A stretch of DNA of 64,000 bases from a virus, in IMG/VR virus record IMGVR_UViG_3300027969_000047; one strand, given 5' to 3'. Of this stretch, positions 16,503 to 26,502 are shown in pieces (position 1 is the stretch's first letter; each line of letters opens with the position of its first letter). The position numbers were made by a program, and so were the translations under genes. A model generated the notes under the pieces. That model saw only the letters and a list, made by a program, of their open reading frames with translations. It searched no databases and was not told the origin of the DNA.

Positions 16503-16870
16503 TACGATTCAGATAGATACATCTTAACACGATCCGCATAGTTTGTCAAGTAATCTTTTATCCAATTGGGCGAAGTATTGGTCTTTCTTAGAATGCAACC
16601 ATAGATGCTCATGTCAGATAAATTTTTGGCATAGACAATTGGGTCACTGAAGACTGCCTCAAAGTTTTCATCAAGAATCGGCACATTGTCATCATTGGTC
16701 TTGAACAGGATTACATGGTACAAGTCACCAAAATCATTGCCCTTAACTTTCAGTCCTCTAGTCTCGGCATTGTTGAATGTGAAATACTGAAACTGTGTGC
16801 TATCATCATCCTCCGGGTCTGGTACGAAATAGAAGCCATCGTAATCGGCAGGTTTAGGATGTAATGACAT
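16502..16870 (-). CDS. hypothetical protein
   Basis: AAGGA SD, 122 aa. Confidence 0.7.
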   Translation of the reverse strand: MSLHPKPADYDGFYFVPDPEDDDSTQFQYFTFNNAETRGLKVKGNDFGDLYHVILFKTNDDNVPILDENFEAVFSDPIVYAKNLSDMSIYGCILRKTNTSPNWIKDYLTNYADRVKMYLSES

Positions 16871-17051
16871 GCAGTTCCTTTTGATAGTTTTGTTTGTTCT
16901 TTGGGCGTGAATACACTTTTACACTCAACTCTACCCGTTGGCGATATTTAGGTGTGCGTAAATCTTTTGCAACTGGATTGCGAGGTTTTAGTGAAGGTTT
17001 CATAATGTGTGCCATGGCTCACCTAATGCAGTGAAATGTGTCAATATGTGT

Positions 17052-17080
17052 ACTATAACACACATTGTGCCATTTGTCAA
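17052..17080 (-). promoter_or_regulatory. promoter TTGACA-N17-TATAGT
   Basis: actata 17052-17057, tgtcaa 17075-17080. Confidence 0.75.
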
Positions 17081-17446
17081 GCACAAAAAAAGTGTTGTTT
17101 TTACGCAACACTTTTCTGAATGACAACTAAGATTGTACTATTTTGAATTTTCGAAATGAACCCTATTCGAATCTAACACATCACACACAAAATTGATAAA
17201 AGTGACTGCATCATTTTCTTCATTGAAGTACCTGATGAAGGTCTGCCCTGTGTGTTTAGATGTAAACAACAATAAAATGTTCTCATCTCTGTAGATAGAG
17301 AACTTGATGACCCAACCGTTTCTAAGGATTGGGTTCCAAGTTTTCATTGTCTTACGAATATCCTGTTGAAGGATTTTTCGATAGATGAGAGATAGAGGTT
17401 CTTTCTGCATACTATTATGTATGTAAAAGCAATCCTCTACTAGCCT

Positions 17447-17659
17447 TTACACCTTTGCTGGTTTTGCGAACTTCTCTAGGGTTGCTTGCATTTGCTCAGC
17501 CAACTCTTGATTAGTCTTCACAATTTGCTTAACAAAAGCGGTTTGTGTATCAACGAAAGCATTTAGAGGTTTTTGAATTTCTTTGTCTGTGATGTAAGTA
17601 TTGACAAAGTATTTTTTTGCACCTTGAACGGTGTCGATGAATGTATCTACTGCGAACAT
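17447..17659 (-). CDS. small helical, possibly phasin-like protein
   Basis: AGGAGA SD; amphipathic Ala/Gln/Thr-rich helices. Confidence 0.55.
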   Translation of the reverse strand: MFAVDTFIDTVQGAKKYFVNTYITDKEIQKPLNAFVDTQTAFVKQIVKTNQELAEQMQATLEKFAKPAKV

Positions 17660-17749
17660 ATTTTATCTCCTAAGACGATTAATTAATGGGCCTCACAATT
17701 GAGCGCCCATATCATTATATAGTAATCCATTGTGCGGTGCAACATAAAA

Positions 17750-18505
17750 TCAGTTAATATTGTCCTCATATTGCATCTTCGCCAAGATGTAGTCTTTCAC
17801 CAATGATGAACGAACAATGTCATCTGCGGTAAACTCAATTCTAGTGAATGCTTTCATGTGCATGGCAATATCAAAGAATTTAAGAATACCAGACACATCA
17901 TTTTTCTTCTTGTTCAAGTCTGTTTGACGATAGTCACCACACCAGATGATTTTTGAACGATAACCTACCCGTGTCATAACGGTATCGATTTCTTCAAAAG
18001 TCATGTTCTGCATCTCATCTACAATAATGATAGCGTCATCGAATGACATACCACGAATGAATGAAGTGCTGATAAACTCTATGTGATGTTGTTCTTCTAG
18101 TCTGTCCCATGCATCACGGCGACCGAATAGTGTCTCGCAAATTTGCCTGTATGGTTGCTGATAGATTTCCATCTTTTCGTTTACATCACCCGGAAGGTGA
18201 CCTATCTCACGGCTTTGCACCGCTGAACGAACTACAATGATTTTGTTGAATGGATTAGATTTGTCTAGAACTTCTTCAATTGCTTTATACAATGCACAGA
18301 ATGTTTTACCTGTACCTGCAACACCGTGTAGTGCTACGAAATAATCACCTCTACGATATGCATCAAAAAATATCTTTTGGTTCTCTGTTAATGGGGTAAA
18401 TGTTTTTAAGTCATCAATTCTAATTTTTAGTTGATTAGTTGTTTTGAATTGATTGGTTGTTTTGGCTACTGTTGATTCAGTGTTTGCTGTTGGTTTTCGT
18501 GCCAT
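17750..18505 (-). CDS. phoH: PhoH-like ATPase
   Basis: GVAGTGKT, IGHLPG, RGMSFD, DEMQN, GDYRQTD motifs. Confidence 0.95.
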   Translation of the reverse strand: MARKPTANTESTVAKTTNQFKTTNQLKIRIDDLKTFTPLTENQKIFFDAYRRGDYFVALHGVAGTGKTFCALYKAIEEVLDKSNPFNKIIVVRSAVQSREIGHLPGDVNEKMEIYQQPYRQICETLFGRRDAWDRLEEQHHIEFISTSFIRGMSFDDAIIIVDEMQNMTFEEIDTVMTRVGYRSKIIWCGDYRQTDLNKKKNDVSGILKFFDIAMHMKAFTRIEFTADDIVRSSLVKDYILAKMQYEDNIN

Positions 18506-18920
18506 CGATTTTTCCTATTACATGAGATTTGTGGATTTTACAAGTGACCCATGAGTTATAGTAAGACTCACTCAAAAGAGCGGAACGATTGAAGATTTCA
18601 AAAGTCTCCATATAACTGCATTCGGACCTTGATTTGCATAGATGTAGAATTTCCCTCCTGTATTTTTCTTTACCATGAACTGCAACCTCTTCAACTAAAA
18701 CTTTATTAGAACCCCAATAGTCTTCCCATCCAGAGCCGACTCTTGACCTTTTCTTTTTGCCTTTTAGCTGAGTTGTTTTTGCTTTTGTGAAATACTTTCG
18801 ACCTATATACTTTCGATTATTATCAGTGTTCGTAATGAGGTATACGAACCCATAGAAACCTTCAGTTTGTTCTGATGTAAATAGATTGCCATTATATGTC
18901 CACTCATTCGTTATCATCAT
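18477..18920 (-). CDS. GIY-YIG (Seg-like) endonuclease
   Basis: GFVYLITN...KYIGRK, YWGS motifs. Confidence 0.85.
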   Translation of the reverse strand: MMITNEWTYNGNLFTSEQTEGFYGFVYLITNTDNNRKYIGRKYFTKAKTTQLKGKKKRSRVGSGWEDYWGSNKVLVEEVAVHGKEKYRREILHLCKSRSECSYMETFEIFNRSALLSESYYNSWVTCKIHKSHVIGKIDGTKTNSKH

Positions 18921-19059
18921 CGTCTGTTAAAGTATCATCATCCTCAATAATGTATTCGCCGCAAAATGGGCAGTAATGAGGGTCATCCTCAGTTTCTGTC
19001 TCAACATATGAAATTCTAAAACTGGAATTGCAGTTTTCGCAAGTGTGTTTTAACTGCAT
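18904..19059 (-). CDS. small zinc-ribbon protein (51 aa)
   Basis: hand translation MQLKHTCENC...CPFCGE; AAGGAG SD. Confidence 0.7.
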   Translation of the reverse strand: MQLKHTCENCNSSFRISYVETETEDDPHYCPFCGEYIIEDDDTLTDDDDNE

Positions 19060-19069
19060 ACTTTCTCCT

Positions 19070-19077
19070 TATAAATA
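19070..19077 (+). promoter_or_regulatory. T4-type late promoter TATAAATA
   Basis: exact match 30 nt upstream of dps. Confidence 0.7.
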
Positions 19078-19107
19078 TACTTATATCTCTTAATTAAAGG
19101 ACTCTTC

Positions 19108-19545
19108 ATGGACCTAGTTGAACTTCTCAAGCGTGTGCAAGCAAATACCTTTGCTATGTATCTTAAATCTCATAACTTCCACTGGAATGTTGAGGGAATG
19201 TTCTTTGCACAATTTCACGACTTCTTTGCTGATTTATACAACGAACTTTTTCTCGCTGTAGACTTAATCGCTGAATTGATTCGCACTCAAGATGCATATG
19301 CTCCTGGTTCGCTTAGTAGATTCGCAGAACTTTCATCTGTCCAAGATGAAAATGCAGTACCATCAGCCCGTGACATGGTTATGAAATTAGTTGCTGATAA
19401 TGACATCGTGAGAGCATCTTTATATGATGCATACAATGCCGCTAATGCCGCTAATGAACAAGGTGTTGCTAATGCTTTGCAAGATAGAATCACTGCACAT
19501 GATAAGCATGGATGGATGCTTCGCTCATTCTTGAAACAATTGTAA
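19108..19545 (+). CDS. dps: Dps ferritin-like DNA protection protein
   Basis: HNFHWNVEG, HDFF, DLIAELIR, HDKHGWML. Confidence 0.93.
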   Translation: MDLVELLKRVQANTFAMYLKSHNFHWNVEGMFFAQFHDFFADLYNELFLAVDLIAELIRTQDAYAPGSLSRFAELSSVQDENAVPSARDMVMKLVADNDIVRASLYDAYNAANAANEQGVANALQDRITAHDKHGWMLRSFLKQL

Positions 19546-19548
19546 TTA

Positions 19549-20004
19549 TCAGTTGCACCACGACTGTTTGGCTTCACCGTAATACTCACGGGCAAAGCCT
19601 TGATGAATGAGCATTTCTCGAAGCGATTTGCCATCTAAAATAACATCACCCAATACACGACCACCATACTTGTCCCAGTCCATGAGTATGACTTGTCGTT
19701 TAGTTGATGCATTAACTTGAGTCTTTGTAAATAATGTTGCGGCTTCTCCTTTAGAAGCCTCTAAAGGGCATTGTGCCCTGTGACCTTTTTCTGGTGTATC
19801 AACACCAAACACTCTTATTGACAATTCCTTTTTAAGGGGTTCTGGCAAAAAATTTGCTTGAAATGCTACTGTATCGCCATCAATCACACGGGTTATAACC
19901 GCATCATATGTAACGCCTACCTTCTGCTTACCTTGAGCAATTGCATTAGTGTTTAAGCCACACACTAATAAACTGAAGGCGAAGTATAATGTTATTTTTT
20001 TCAT
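19549..20004 (-). CDS. exported thermonuclease (SNase-like)
   Basis: RVIDGDT, GVDTPE, DKYGGRVLG; signal peptide. Confidence 0.9.
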   Translation of the reverse strand: MKKITLYFAFSLLVCGLNTNAIAQGKQKVGVTYDAVITRVIDGDTVAFQANFLPEPLKKELSIRVFGVDTPEKGHRAQCPLEASKGEAATLFTKTQVNASTKRQVILMDWDKYGGRVLGDVILDGKSLREMLIHQGFAREYYGEAKQSWCN

Positions 20005-20007
20005 TTG

Positions 20008-20721
20008 TTATTTCCAATATTTTGAATAGTCTATGTTGTTCCAATATTTCTCATTGTTTCTGTTCCAAAAGTTTTTTATGAGATACCATACCATACCAAA
20101 GTATCCCATTCTCTGAAATCTTCTGCTGTCTTGACCAAAGTAGTGTTTGACTAACTTGAATTTCTTTACATCATATTTTTTTGATAGAAAGAAATCTTCA
20201 CTGGTGCCATACTTTTCTGCAAACCCACCATACTGCTCGAATTTATCTCGGCGAGTTAGCATGAATGCACCAACAGCAAAAGGAACTTTTCGGCTCATAA
20301 TTTTATTCACACCATTGAACAGCATGAATCCAATCTGAGCCCTTTTATCACCATCGTAACACTTTATGTATGTGCCAATCAAATCTAAGTTATTTGTCTC
20401 TAACTCTTGCACACAATCAGATATAATTGTATCTGAGAAGAATCTCACATCACTATCAATGAATAGAATGTATGGTGTGGTAGCAAGTTTAGCACCATTG
20501 TTCTTTGCAATAGAAACTGGTCCACCATCAATAACCTCTACATTCAATTTCAAATCTTCTTTGTAGAAATCGATGACTTCTCTTGTATCATCAGTAGAGC
20601 AATCGGCAATGATAATTTTTGTGTTGCCAATGTTTTGTTTCTTCAGATGATACAATAGATGAAAAATATATGTTTCTTCATTTTTACATGGAACAACGAT
20701 TGTAATTTTATCCTGTAACAC
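20008..20721 (-). CDS. GT2 family glycosyltransferase
   Basis: IVVPCKNEE, STDDT, FIDSD, SED motifs. Confidence 0.9.
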   Translation of the reverse strand: MLQDKITIVVPCKNEETYIFHLLYHLKKQNIGNTKIIIADCSTDDTREVIDFYKEDLKLNVEVIDGGPVSIAKNNGAKLATTPYILFIDSDVRFFSDTIISDCVQELETNNLDLIGTYIKCYDGDKRAQIGFMLFNGVNKIMSRKVPFAVGAFMLTRRDKFEQYGGFAEKYGTSEDFFLSKKYDVKKFKLVKHYFGQDSRRFQRMGYFGMVWYLIKNFWNRNNEKYWNNIDYSKYWK

Positions 20722-21472
20722 TATCGGTCTCCTGTGTCCATATAATTATCTCCCAACGGCCATCGTGATGTTCTACAAGTGCTGTACAACTTTCAACCCA
20801 ATCACCATCATTCATATACATCACACCATTAATCTCCTTTATCTCTGCATGATGTATGTGACCACATATCACACCATCATAACCTTTTTTCTTGCAATAG
20901 TTTGCTAAGTTTTCTTCAAACTTAAAAATAAAATCGATTGCTCGTTTTACTCTTGTTTTGAGATATTTGCTAAGACTAAAATACCGAAGACCAAAGCGGT
21001 GCAGTAGCCAATTGAATTTGCTATTAAGCGATAAAATAAAATCATATGCCCTATCTCCTAAAAATGAAAGCCATGGTGCCAGTCTTGTGATGCCATCGAA
21101 GAGGTCACCATGTGTGACCAGATAGTGTTTACCATCAGCACCGATATGTTCTATTTGATTGTGTATTTCGACTAGACCGAAACTGAAACCATAAGGTATC
21201 ATTGGTCTTAAAAATTCATCGTGGTTGCCAGCAACATAGATTACTCGTGTGCCTCGTTTAGCATGACCAAGCACACGGCGAACAACATTTGTGTGACTCT
21301 GTTTCCAACGCCACTTGTTCTGTTGAATTCGCCATGCATCAATGATATCACCCACAAGATATAATGTCTCGCAGGTGTTATTCTTTAAAAAATTGTTGAG
21401 TTGCTCTGCTTTGCAATCTCTTGTTCCCAAATGTACATCACTAATAAAAATACTGCGATATTTTTTTATCAT
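20708..21472 (-). CDS. LpxH2/YbbF-like metallophosphoesterase (UDP-2,3-diacylglucosamine hydrolase family)
   Basis: SDVHLG, GDIID, GNHD, HGD, GHIH, NDGDWVES. Confidence 0.88.
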   Translation of the reverse strand: MIKKYRSIFISDVHLGTRDCKAEQLNNFLKNNTCETLYLVGDIIDAWRIQQNKWRWKQSHTNVVRRVLGHAKRGTRVIYVAGNHDEFLRPMIPYGFSFGLVEIHNQIEHIGADGKHYLVTHGDLFDGITRLAPWLSFLGDRAYDFILSLNSKFNWLLHRFGLRYFSLSKYLKTRVKRAIDFIFKFEENLANYCKKKGYDGVICGHIHHAEIKEINGVMYMNDGDWVESCTALVEHHDGRWEIIIWTQETDSVTG

Positions 21473-22101
21473 TTTGAGTGTTCGTACATGACCGTATCTG
21501 TATCACCCAATGCCCATTTTGAATCGGTTTCAACTGACCATTTTTTTGTTGCAACTTTAAAATCTGGCTTTTTTAATTCTCCTGGATTACTACTAGGTTC
21601 CAAAATAATTAATCGATTATTTGGCTGAGCACCAAACTGACCATTATCACACATGATGAAATTATAAGACTTGTGGTCTTCGATATCTTCAGAAAACCCT
21701 GTATCAAGTATGTTAAAATCAGGATGAGCAGAATCAACTGTAAACATATAAACACCATATTGCCAATCTCCATTTTTTAACTTAAACTTACATTTCATTG
21801 ATTGCAACTGCGCTTTTTTAATGACAGTTATATCATATGAAAGGCAGTCCCACAATTGCAAATAGTCTAATGGCAATTCGTTTTGAATTGGTTTCCAACA
21901 AAATGCGTGTAATGGTAGTTTGTCATATAATGCGCCATAGTTGTTTAGATATGCTTCAATACGAAATGCTTGACCTCTTAGTGACTTGATGCTAACCCAC
22001 CAACACGGCTCAAGTTCTCCATGACCTTTCTCAAAGTCATAGAGAAACTCTTTACGAACAAAACATTTTACTGGTGGTAAATTAGCAACGATATGTGACA
22101 T
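21469..22101 (-). CDS. hypothetical phage protein
   Basis: 210 aa ORF with GAAGG SD. Confidence 0.75.
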   Translation of the reverse strand: MSHIVANLPPVKCFVRKEFLYDFEKGHGELEPCWWVSIKSLRGQAFRIEAYLNNYGALYDKLPLHAFCWKPIQNELPLDYLQLWDCLSYDITVIKKAQLQSMKCKFKLKNGDWQYGVYMFTVDSAHPDFNILDTGFSEDIEDHKSYNFIMCDNGQFGAQPNNRLIILEPSSNPGELKKPDFKVATKKWSVETDSKWALGDTDTVMYEHSK

Positions 22102-22120
22102 TATGCCTTCTTAATATTTT

Positions 22121-22438
22121 CTATACTGAAAAGCTACTGCCGCAACCACATGTTGATTTTGCATTCGGGTTTGATATCACAAATTGTGATCCCTTTAGTT
22201 TGTCTGTCGTGTAGTCGATTGTAGCAGTATCAAAATACTGCATACTCATGGCATCAACTAAAAGATTGTCGAAAACAAAGTCATCTTCTTCTTTGTTTTC
22301 TTCAAGTGTAAATCCATAATTGAATCCTGAGCAACCACCACCAGTGATAAATGCTCTCACATATTTCATGGCAGGCTCATCCAAAAGAATCTCAGTTAGT
22401 TGAGTTTTTGCGTTTTCTGTTAGAGTAATCATACACAC
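22121..22438 (-). CDS. A-type Fe-S carrier (IscA/ErpA/HesB family)
   Basis: GGGCSG and NPNAKSTCGCGSSF. Confidence 0.95.
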   Translation of the reverse strand: MCMITLTENAKTQLTEILLDEPAMKYVRAFITGGGCSGFNYGFTLEENKEEDDFVFDNLLVDAMSMQYFDTATIDYTTDKLKGSQFVISNPNAKSTCGCGSSFSV

Positions 22439-22812
22439 TCACATTTTAGTTGATAGTCATGTATTGCCGCTTTAATTGCATCTTCTGCAAGTATAGAGCA
22501 ATGAATCTTAACTGGTGGTAAGGCCAGTTCATTAGCAATCTCACTGTTTTTGATTTGCCATGCTTGGTCAAGTGTCTTTCCTTTGACCCATTCGGTAACA
22601 AGTGAACTTGATGCGATAGCTGAACCACATCCATATGTTTTAAATTTAGCATCAGTAATAATTCCATCTTCAACTTTAATTTGAAGTTTCATTACATCAC
22701 CACAAGCTGGCGCACCTACCATACCAGTGCCAACTGTTGGATCGTTTTTATCTAGAGAACCAACATTTCGTGGATTCTCGTAGTGTTCAATAACCAGATT
22801 AGAATATGACAT
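22429..22812 (-). CDS. iscU: Fe-S cluster scaffold IscU
   Basis: GAPACGD, GCGSAIAS, LPPVKIHC. Confidence 0.97.
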   Translation of the reverse strand: MSYSNLVIEHYENPRNVGSLDKNDPTVGTGMVGAPACGDVMKLQIKVEDGIITDAKFKTYGCGSAIASSSLVTEWVKGKTLDQAWQIKNSEIANELALPPVKIHCSILAEDAIKAAIHDYQLKCECV

Positions 22813-23804
22813 TATGCCGCCTTAGCCCAAACATCTTCTCCCCAACTACCAGACAAAGCGCCTTTAGCATAGTCAGTCACTCTGTTCTCAAAGAAGTTTC
22901 CGTGAATAGGTGCATTAATCATTTCTTCGACCCATGGTAGTGGATTTCTTTTTACTTTAAAAATACCTTTAAGACCAAGAGATATCAATCGTCTATCAGC
23001 AATATAACGAATATACTTCTTAACATCTTCACTAGAAAGACCTTCCATAGCACCCATAGAAAAAGCAAGGTCAATAAACTTATCTTCTAACTCGACCATT
23101 CTTTCTGCAATAGAATAGATGCGCCCTTTGAGGTCATCGTTCCATATCTCTTTATTCTCTTCTATGTATGTGCGAAAAACTTTAATCATGTTCTCAGCAT
23201 GTAGAGTTTCATCTACAATAGACCATGTAACGATTTGACCCATACCTTTCATCTTACCTGTTCTTGGAAAATTCAACAACATGATAAAAGATGAGAACAA
23301 CTGCATCCCTTCAGTGAAAGCACTGAACACGGCGATATGGGTTGCAGTGTTCTCTTTTGTTGTATTCTGTGCAGATAAGTCCATGACATAATCATGCTTG
23401 GCTCTCATTGCCTCATACTCAAGAAACTGATTGTATGTTGTTTCAGGAAGACCGAGTGTCTCAATCAAATGTGAATATGCGGCAATGTGCAATGCTTCAC
23501 GGGCCGCAAAACCTAACAACATCATACGAACTTCTGGTTGTGGAAAGTATGGTAGATAGTTTGTTACATAGCCACCAGCAACATCAATGTCACCTTGCGT
23601 AAAGAATCTGAAGATGTGTGTTAGAAATTGTTTCTCTTCTTTTGATAACTTATTCTTCCAATCTTTAACATCTTCTGCCATTGGCACTTCTGTATGTAAC
23701 CAATGTGATTGCTCATGTTTCAACCATGCATCATATGCCCATGGATAGTTGAAAGGTTTAAAACTTGTTCTCTCTTCTGATAGATTACTTTTTCTTTTGC
23801 TCAT
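22812..23804 (-). CDS. nrdB: ribonucleotide reductase class Ia beta subunit
   Basis: EALH..AY, EGMQLFSSF, DETLH, NFFENRVTDY. Confidence 0.96.
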   Translation of the reverse strand: MSKRKSNLSEERTSFKPFNYPWAYDAWLKHEQSHWLHTEVPMAEDVKDWKNKLSKEEKQFLTHIFRFFTQGDIDVAGGYVTNYLPYFPQPEVRMMLLGFAAREALHIAAYSHLIETLGLPETTYNQFLEYEAMRAKHDYVMDLSAQNTTKENTATHIAVFSAFTEGMQLFSSFIMLLNFPRTGKMKGMGQIVTWSIVDETLHAENMIKVFRTYIEENKEIWNDDLKGRIYSIAERMVELEDKFIDLAFSMGAMEGLSSEDVKKYIRYIADRRLISLGLKGIFKVKRNPLPWVEEMINAPIHGNFFENRVTDYAKGALSGSWGEDVWAKAA

Positions 23805-24043
23805 TGTGCCCACTCTTGTAATTCTTTTACTGTTTTCGATCCAACCATTCTTTTCACTTCAATATTCTCATCAAGCATCACTAATGTAGGCACACTGCGA
23901 ATACCATATTCTTTTGACAAATCATCATGCACATCGATATCAACAACTTCGATAGGTAATTTGATGTCTGCGCTTTCTAAATTCATTGACAATGCTTTGC
24001 ATGGTTCACACCATGATGCAGTAAATCTTAAAATTCTTTTCAT
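23801..24043 (-). CDS. thioredoxin
   Basis: WCEPC, SVPT. Confidence 0.92.
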   Translation of the reverse strand: MKRILRFTASWCEPCKALSMNLESADIKLPIEVVDIDVHDDLSKEYGIRSVPTLVMLDENIEVKRMVGSKTVKELQEWAQ

Positions 24044-24691
24044 TTATCTCTCCATTAATTCGTTTACAAAATTTAATAATAGTGTGTGTTGAGTTCCATT
24101 ATGATACTTACCCCTCATCCAACTATAACTATCATACCAAAACTGTCCACTCTCTGGATGACAACCAATTAAACCTATACGATTTTGAATAATGGCCATG
24201 TTGTCACCATTGCTATATGTTGCTATGGTTTCATACGGAGAGTTTTCACCACCAACTAAAGCACAACCATCATAGAAGAACATGTCGTATGGTTGATTTC
24301 TCCACATAACACGCATATTTTTTGCATGTGGTCTTCTTGTGCAAGTACCAGGTCTCTTAATATACTGTACCGCATCTACTTTGTCAAGTATGTTGAAGTA
24401 ATCTTTACCTGCCCAATATGCACCCATGCAAATGCCAAGATACTTACCACCTCTTGCTACAAAATTGACTACAACATCTTTGTTGTTTTTCAGTATGATA
24501 TCATATGAATCTGAATCACCGATACCACCTGGAAATGCAACCATATCAACATCATCAAAGAAACCCTCTTCAACTTCATTCTTTGAAAATAGTTTGAAGT
24601 CATAACTACCTGATAATGCTTTCATTACACCATTAGATGATTGTACTGAACACTTCGGATCACATACAAACAATGCTATAGTAGGTTTCAT
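24044..24691 (-). CDS. class I glutamine-amidotransferase-like (BPL N-terminal type) protein
   Basis: FPGG, YLGICMGAY, GCHPE. Confidence 0.82.
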   Translation of the reverse strand: MKPTIALFVCDPKCSVQSSNGVMKALSGSYDFKLFSKNEVEEGFFDDVDMVAFPGGIGDSDSYDIILKNNKDVVVNFVARGGKYLGICMGAYWAGKDYFNILDKVDAVQYIKRPGTCTRRPHAKNMRVMWRNQPYDMFFYDGCALVGGENSPYETIATYSNGDNMAIIQNRIGLIGCHPESGQFWYDSYSWMRGKYHNGTQHTLLLNFVNELMER

Positions 24692-26485
24692 TTAGCCCTC
24701 GCAAGCTAAACAAACTTCTTCAGTTGAAGCGAGTGCCTTCATATCAATTTCTTCAATTACATTTCTTTCGATTCTCTTCGATACTTTATCTGCTTTAGCT
24801 AATTTCTCAGAGCGGCAGTAGTACATAGTCTTCAATCCTTGTTTCCATGCTTGAAAGTGTACTGCATGAAGATACTTCACATTTACATCTGGTCTAAAGA
24901 AAACATTCAATGATTGTGCTTGGTCGATAAATTCTTGTCTATCAGCCGCATGTTGAATAACCCATCGTTGGTCAATCTCCATACCTGTTTTGAATACATC
25001 TTTCTGCCATTCATCAAGTATATCTAGATGTTGGCATGAACCATCGTTAGCAATGATTGATGACCATACATCATTATATTCGTTTTCAGTTTGTACAAGG
25101 CCTTTGATAATTCTATCTAGCCATTTGTTTTTATTCAATGATGCACCACTCAAGGTGTCTTGTCTGTAAGCATTCGCTCTGTAAGGTTCAATGGAAGGAG
25201 AAGTATTGCCCATGATAATAGAGGAAGATGCGTTAGGAGCAATGGCCAGCATATGACTAAAACGCTTCCCAGTACCAACGGCGTCAGGTGCTTCACCCCT
25301 TTCAGAACCCAATTGAAAATTTGCTTCATCTAGTTTACCTCTGATGTGTTTGAAGATTTGTTTGTTTCTTCCGACTGCTTGCGCTGATTCCCATGGGAAG
25401 CTGTTTCGTTGTAGATAAGCATGGAAACCCAAAGCACCGATGCCAATGCTCCGCTCACGAATGGCAGAATACTTTGCACGGCTAATGGCTTCAGGAGCAT
25501 TAGAAATGAAATACTCCAAAACATTATCCAACATTTCAGCAATATCACGAAGAAAATTAGCATCCGTTCTCCACTCATCATAGTACTCCAAGTTAACAGA
25601 AGACAAACAACAAACAGCAGTGCGGTCTTTGTCTGTTGGTAAAATAATTTCAGAACATAGATTTGATTGTTTGATTGATAGACCTAGTTTCTTTTGAAAC
25701 TCTGGCATCATGCGATTGCTTGTGTCAATGAAATGTAGATATGGCTCACCTGTCATCATACGCATCTCAAGAATTCTCTGCCACAATTCTCTTGCAGGTA
25801 TCGTGTCTCTTACTTCATTATTGTGTGGGTCTTTTAGTTCCCATGTATCATCAAACTCAGGGTCAAGCATACACTGTTCAATGATACGCATGAAGTCATC
25901 GGTGATGTTGATACCGTGATGTAGATTCAGGCAACGCATGTTTTGGTCGCCAGTAGGCTTTCTCATTTCAAGAAAGATAAGAATGTCTGGATGAGAAATA
26001 TCAAGATAAGCGGCATAAGAACCACGGCGTGTACGGCCCTGGCGGTAGGCGAGGCTTGACGCATCATAAGTCCTAAGGTGAGGCATAACACCAACAGACT
26101 TATCGTCAGTACTACGGATTCCAACGCCAATTCCTACTCCACCACCTAGCATCGATAGCCAGTTAACTTCTGCCAAGCAATCAACCAAACCTTCGGCAGA
26201 ATCGTGAAGATAAGGTAAGAAACATGAAATAGGAAGGCCACGCTTAGAACGCCCAAAACTAAGAATGGGAGTAGAATAAGATAACCAATGTTTACTGCTA
26301 TACTCATATAGTCTCTGCGAATGTTCCTGATTAGAGCCGAACGCTTTTGATACATATGCAAACCTTTCCTGAGGAGAAGATTCTTCTTCTCGCATATATG
26401 ATTCTTTTAATCTCTTTAAACCTAACTCATCAAATAAATTATCACGAGAAAAATCTACTACAATACCATTAACGGTGTCTACCAT
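24692..26485 (-). CDS. nrdA: ribonucleotide reductase class Ia alpha subunit (no ATP cone)
   Basis: ISCF, SNLCSEI, APNASSS, KTMYY, C-terminal CLACEG. Confidence 0.96.
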   Translation of the reverse strand: MVDTVNGIVVDFSRDNLFDELGLKRLKESYMREEESSPQERFAYVSKAFGSNQEHSQRLYEYSSKHWLSYSTPILSFGRSKRGLPISCFLPYLHDSAEGLVDCLAEVNWLSMLGGGVGIGVGIRSTDDKSVGVMPHLRTYDASSLAYRQGRTRRGSYAAYLDISHPDILIFLEMRKPTGDQNMRCLNLHHGINITDDFMRIIEQCMLDPEFDDTWELKDPHNNEVRDTIPARELWQRILEMRMMTGEPYLHFIDTSNRMMPEFQKKLGLSIKQSNLCSEIILPTDKDRTAVCCLSSVNLEYYDEWRTDANFLRDIAEMLDNVLEYFISNAPEAISRAKYSAIRERSIGIGALGFHAYLQRNSFPWESAQAVGRNKQIFKHIRGKLDEANFQLGSERGEAPDAVGTGKRFSHMLAIAPNASSSIIMGNTSPSIEPYRANAYRQDTLSGASLNKNKWLDRIIKGLVQTENEYNDVWSSIIANDGSCQHLDILDEWQKDVFKTGMEIDQRWVIQHAADRQEFIDQAQSLNVFFRPDVNVKYLHAVHFQAWKQGLKTMYYCRSEKLAKADKVSKRIERNVIEEIDMKALASTEEVCLACEG

Positions 26486-26502
26486 CTTAACTCCAATTTT
26501 AA

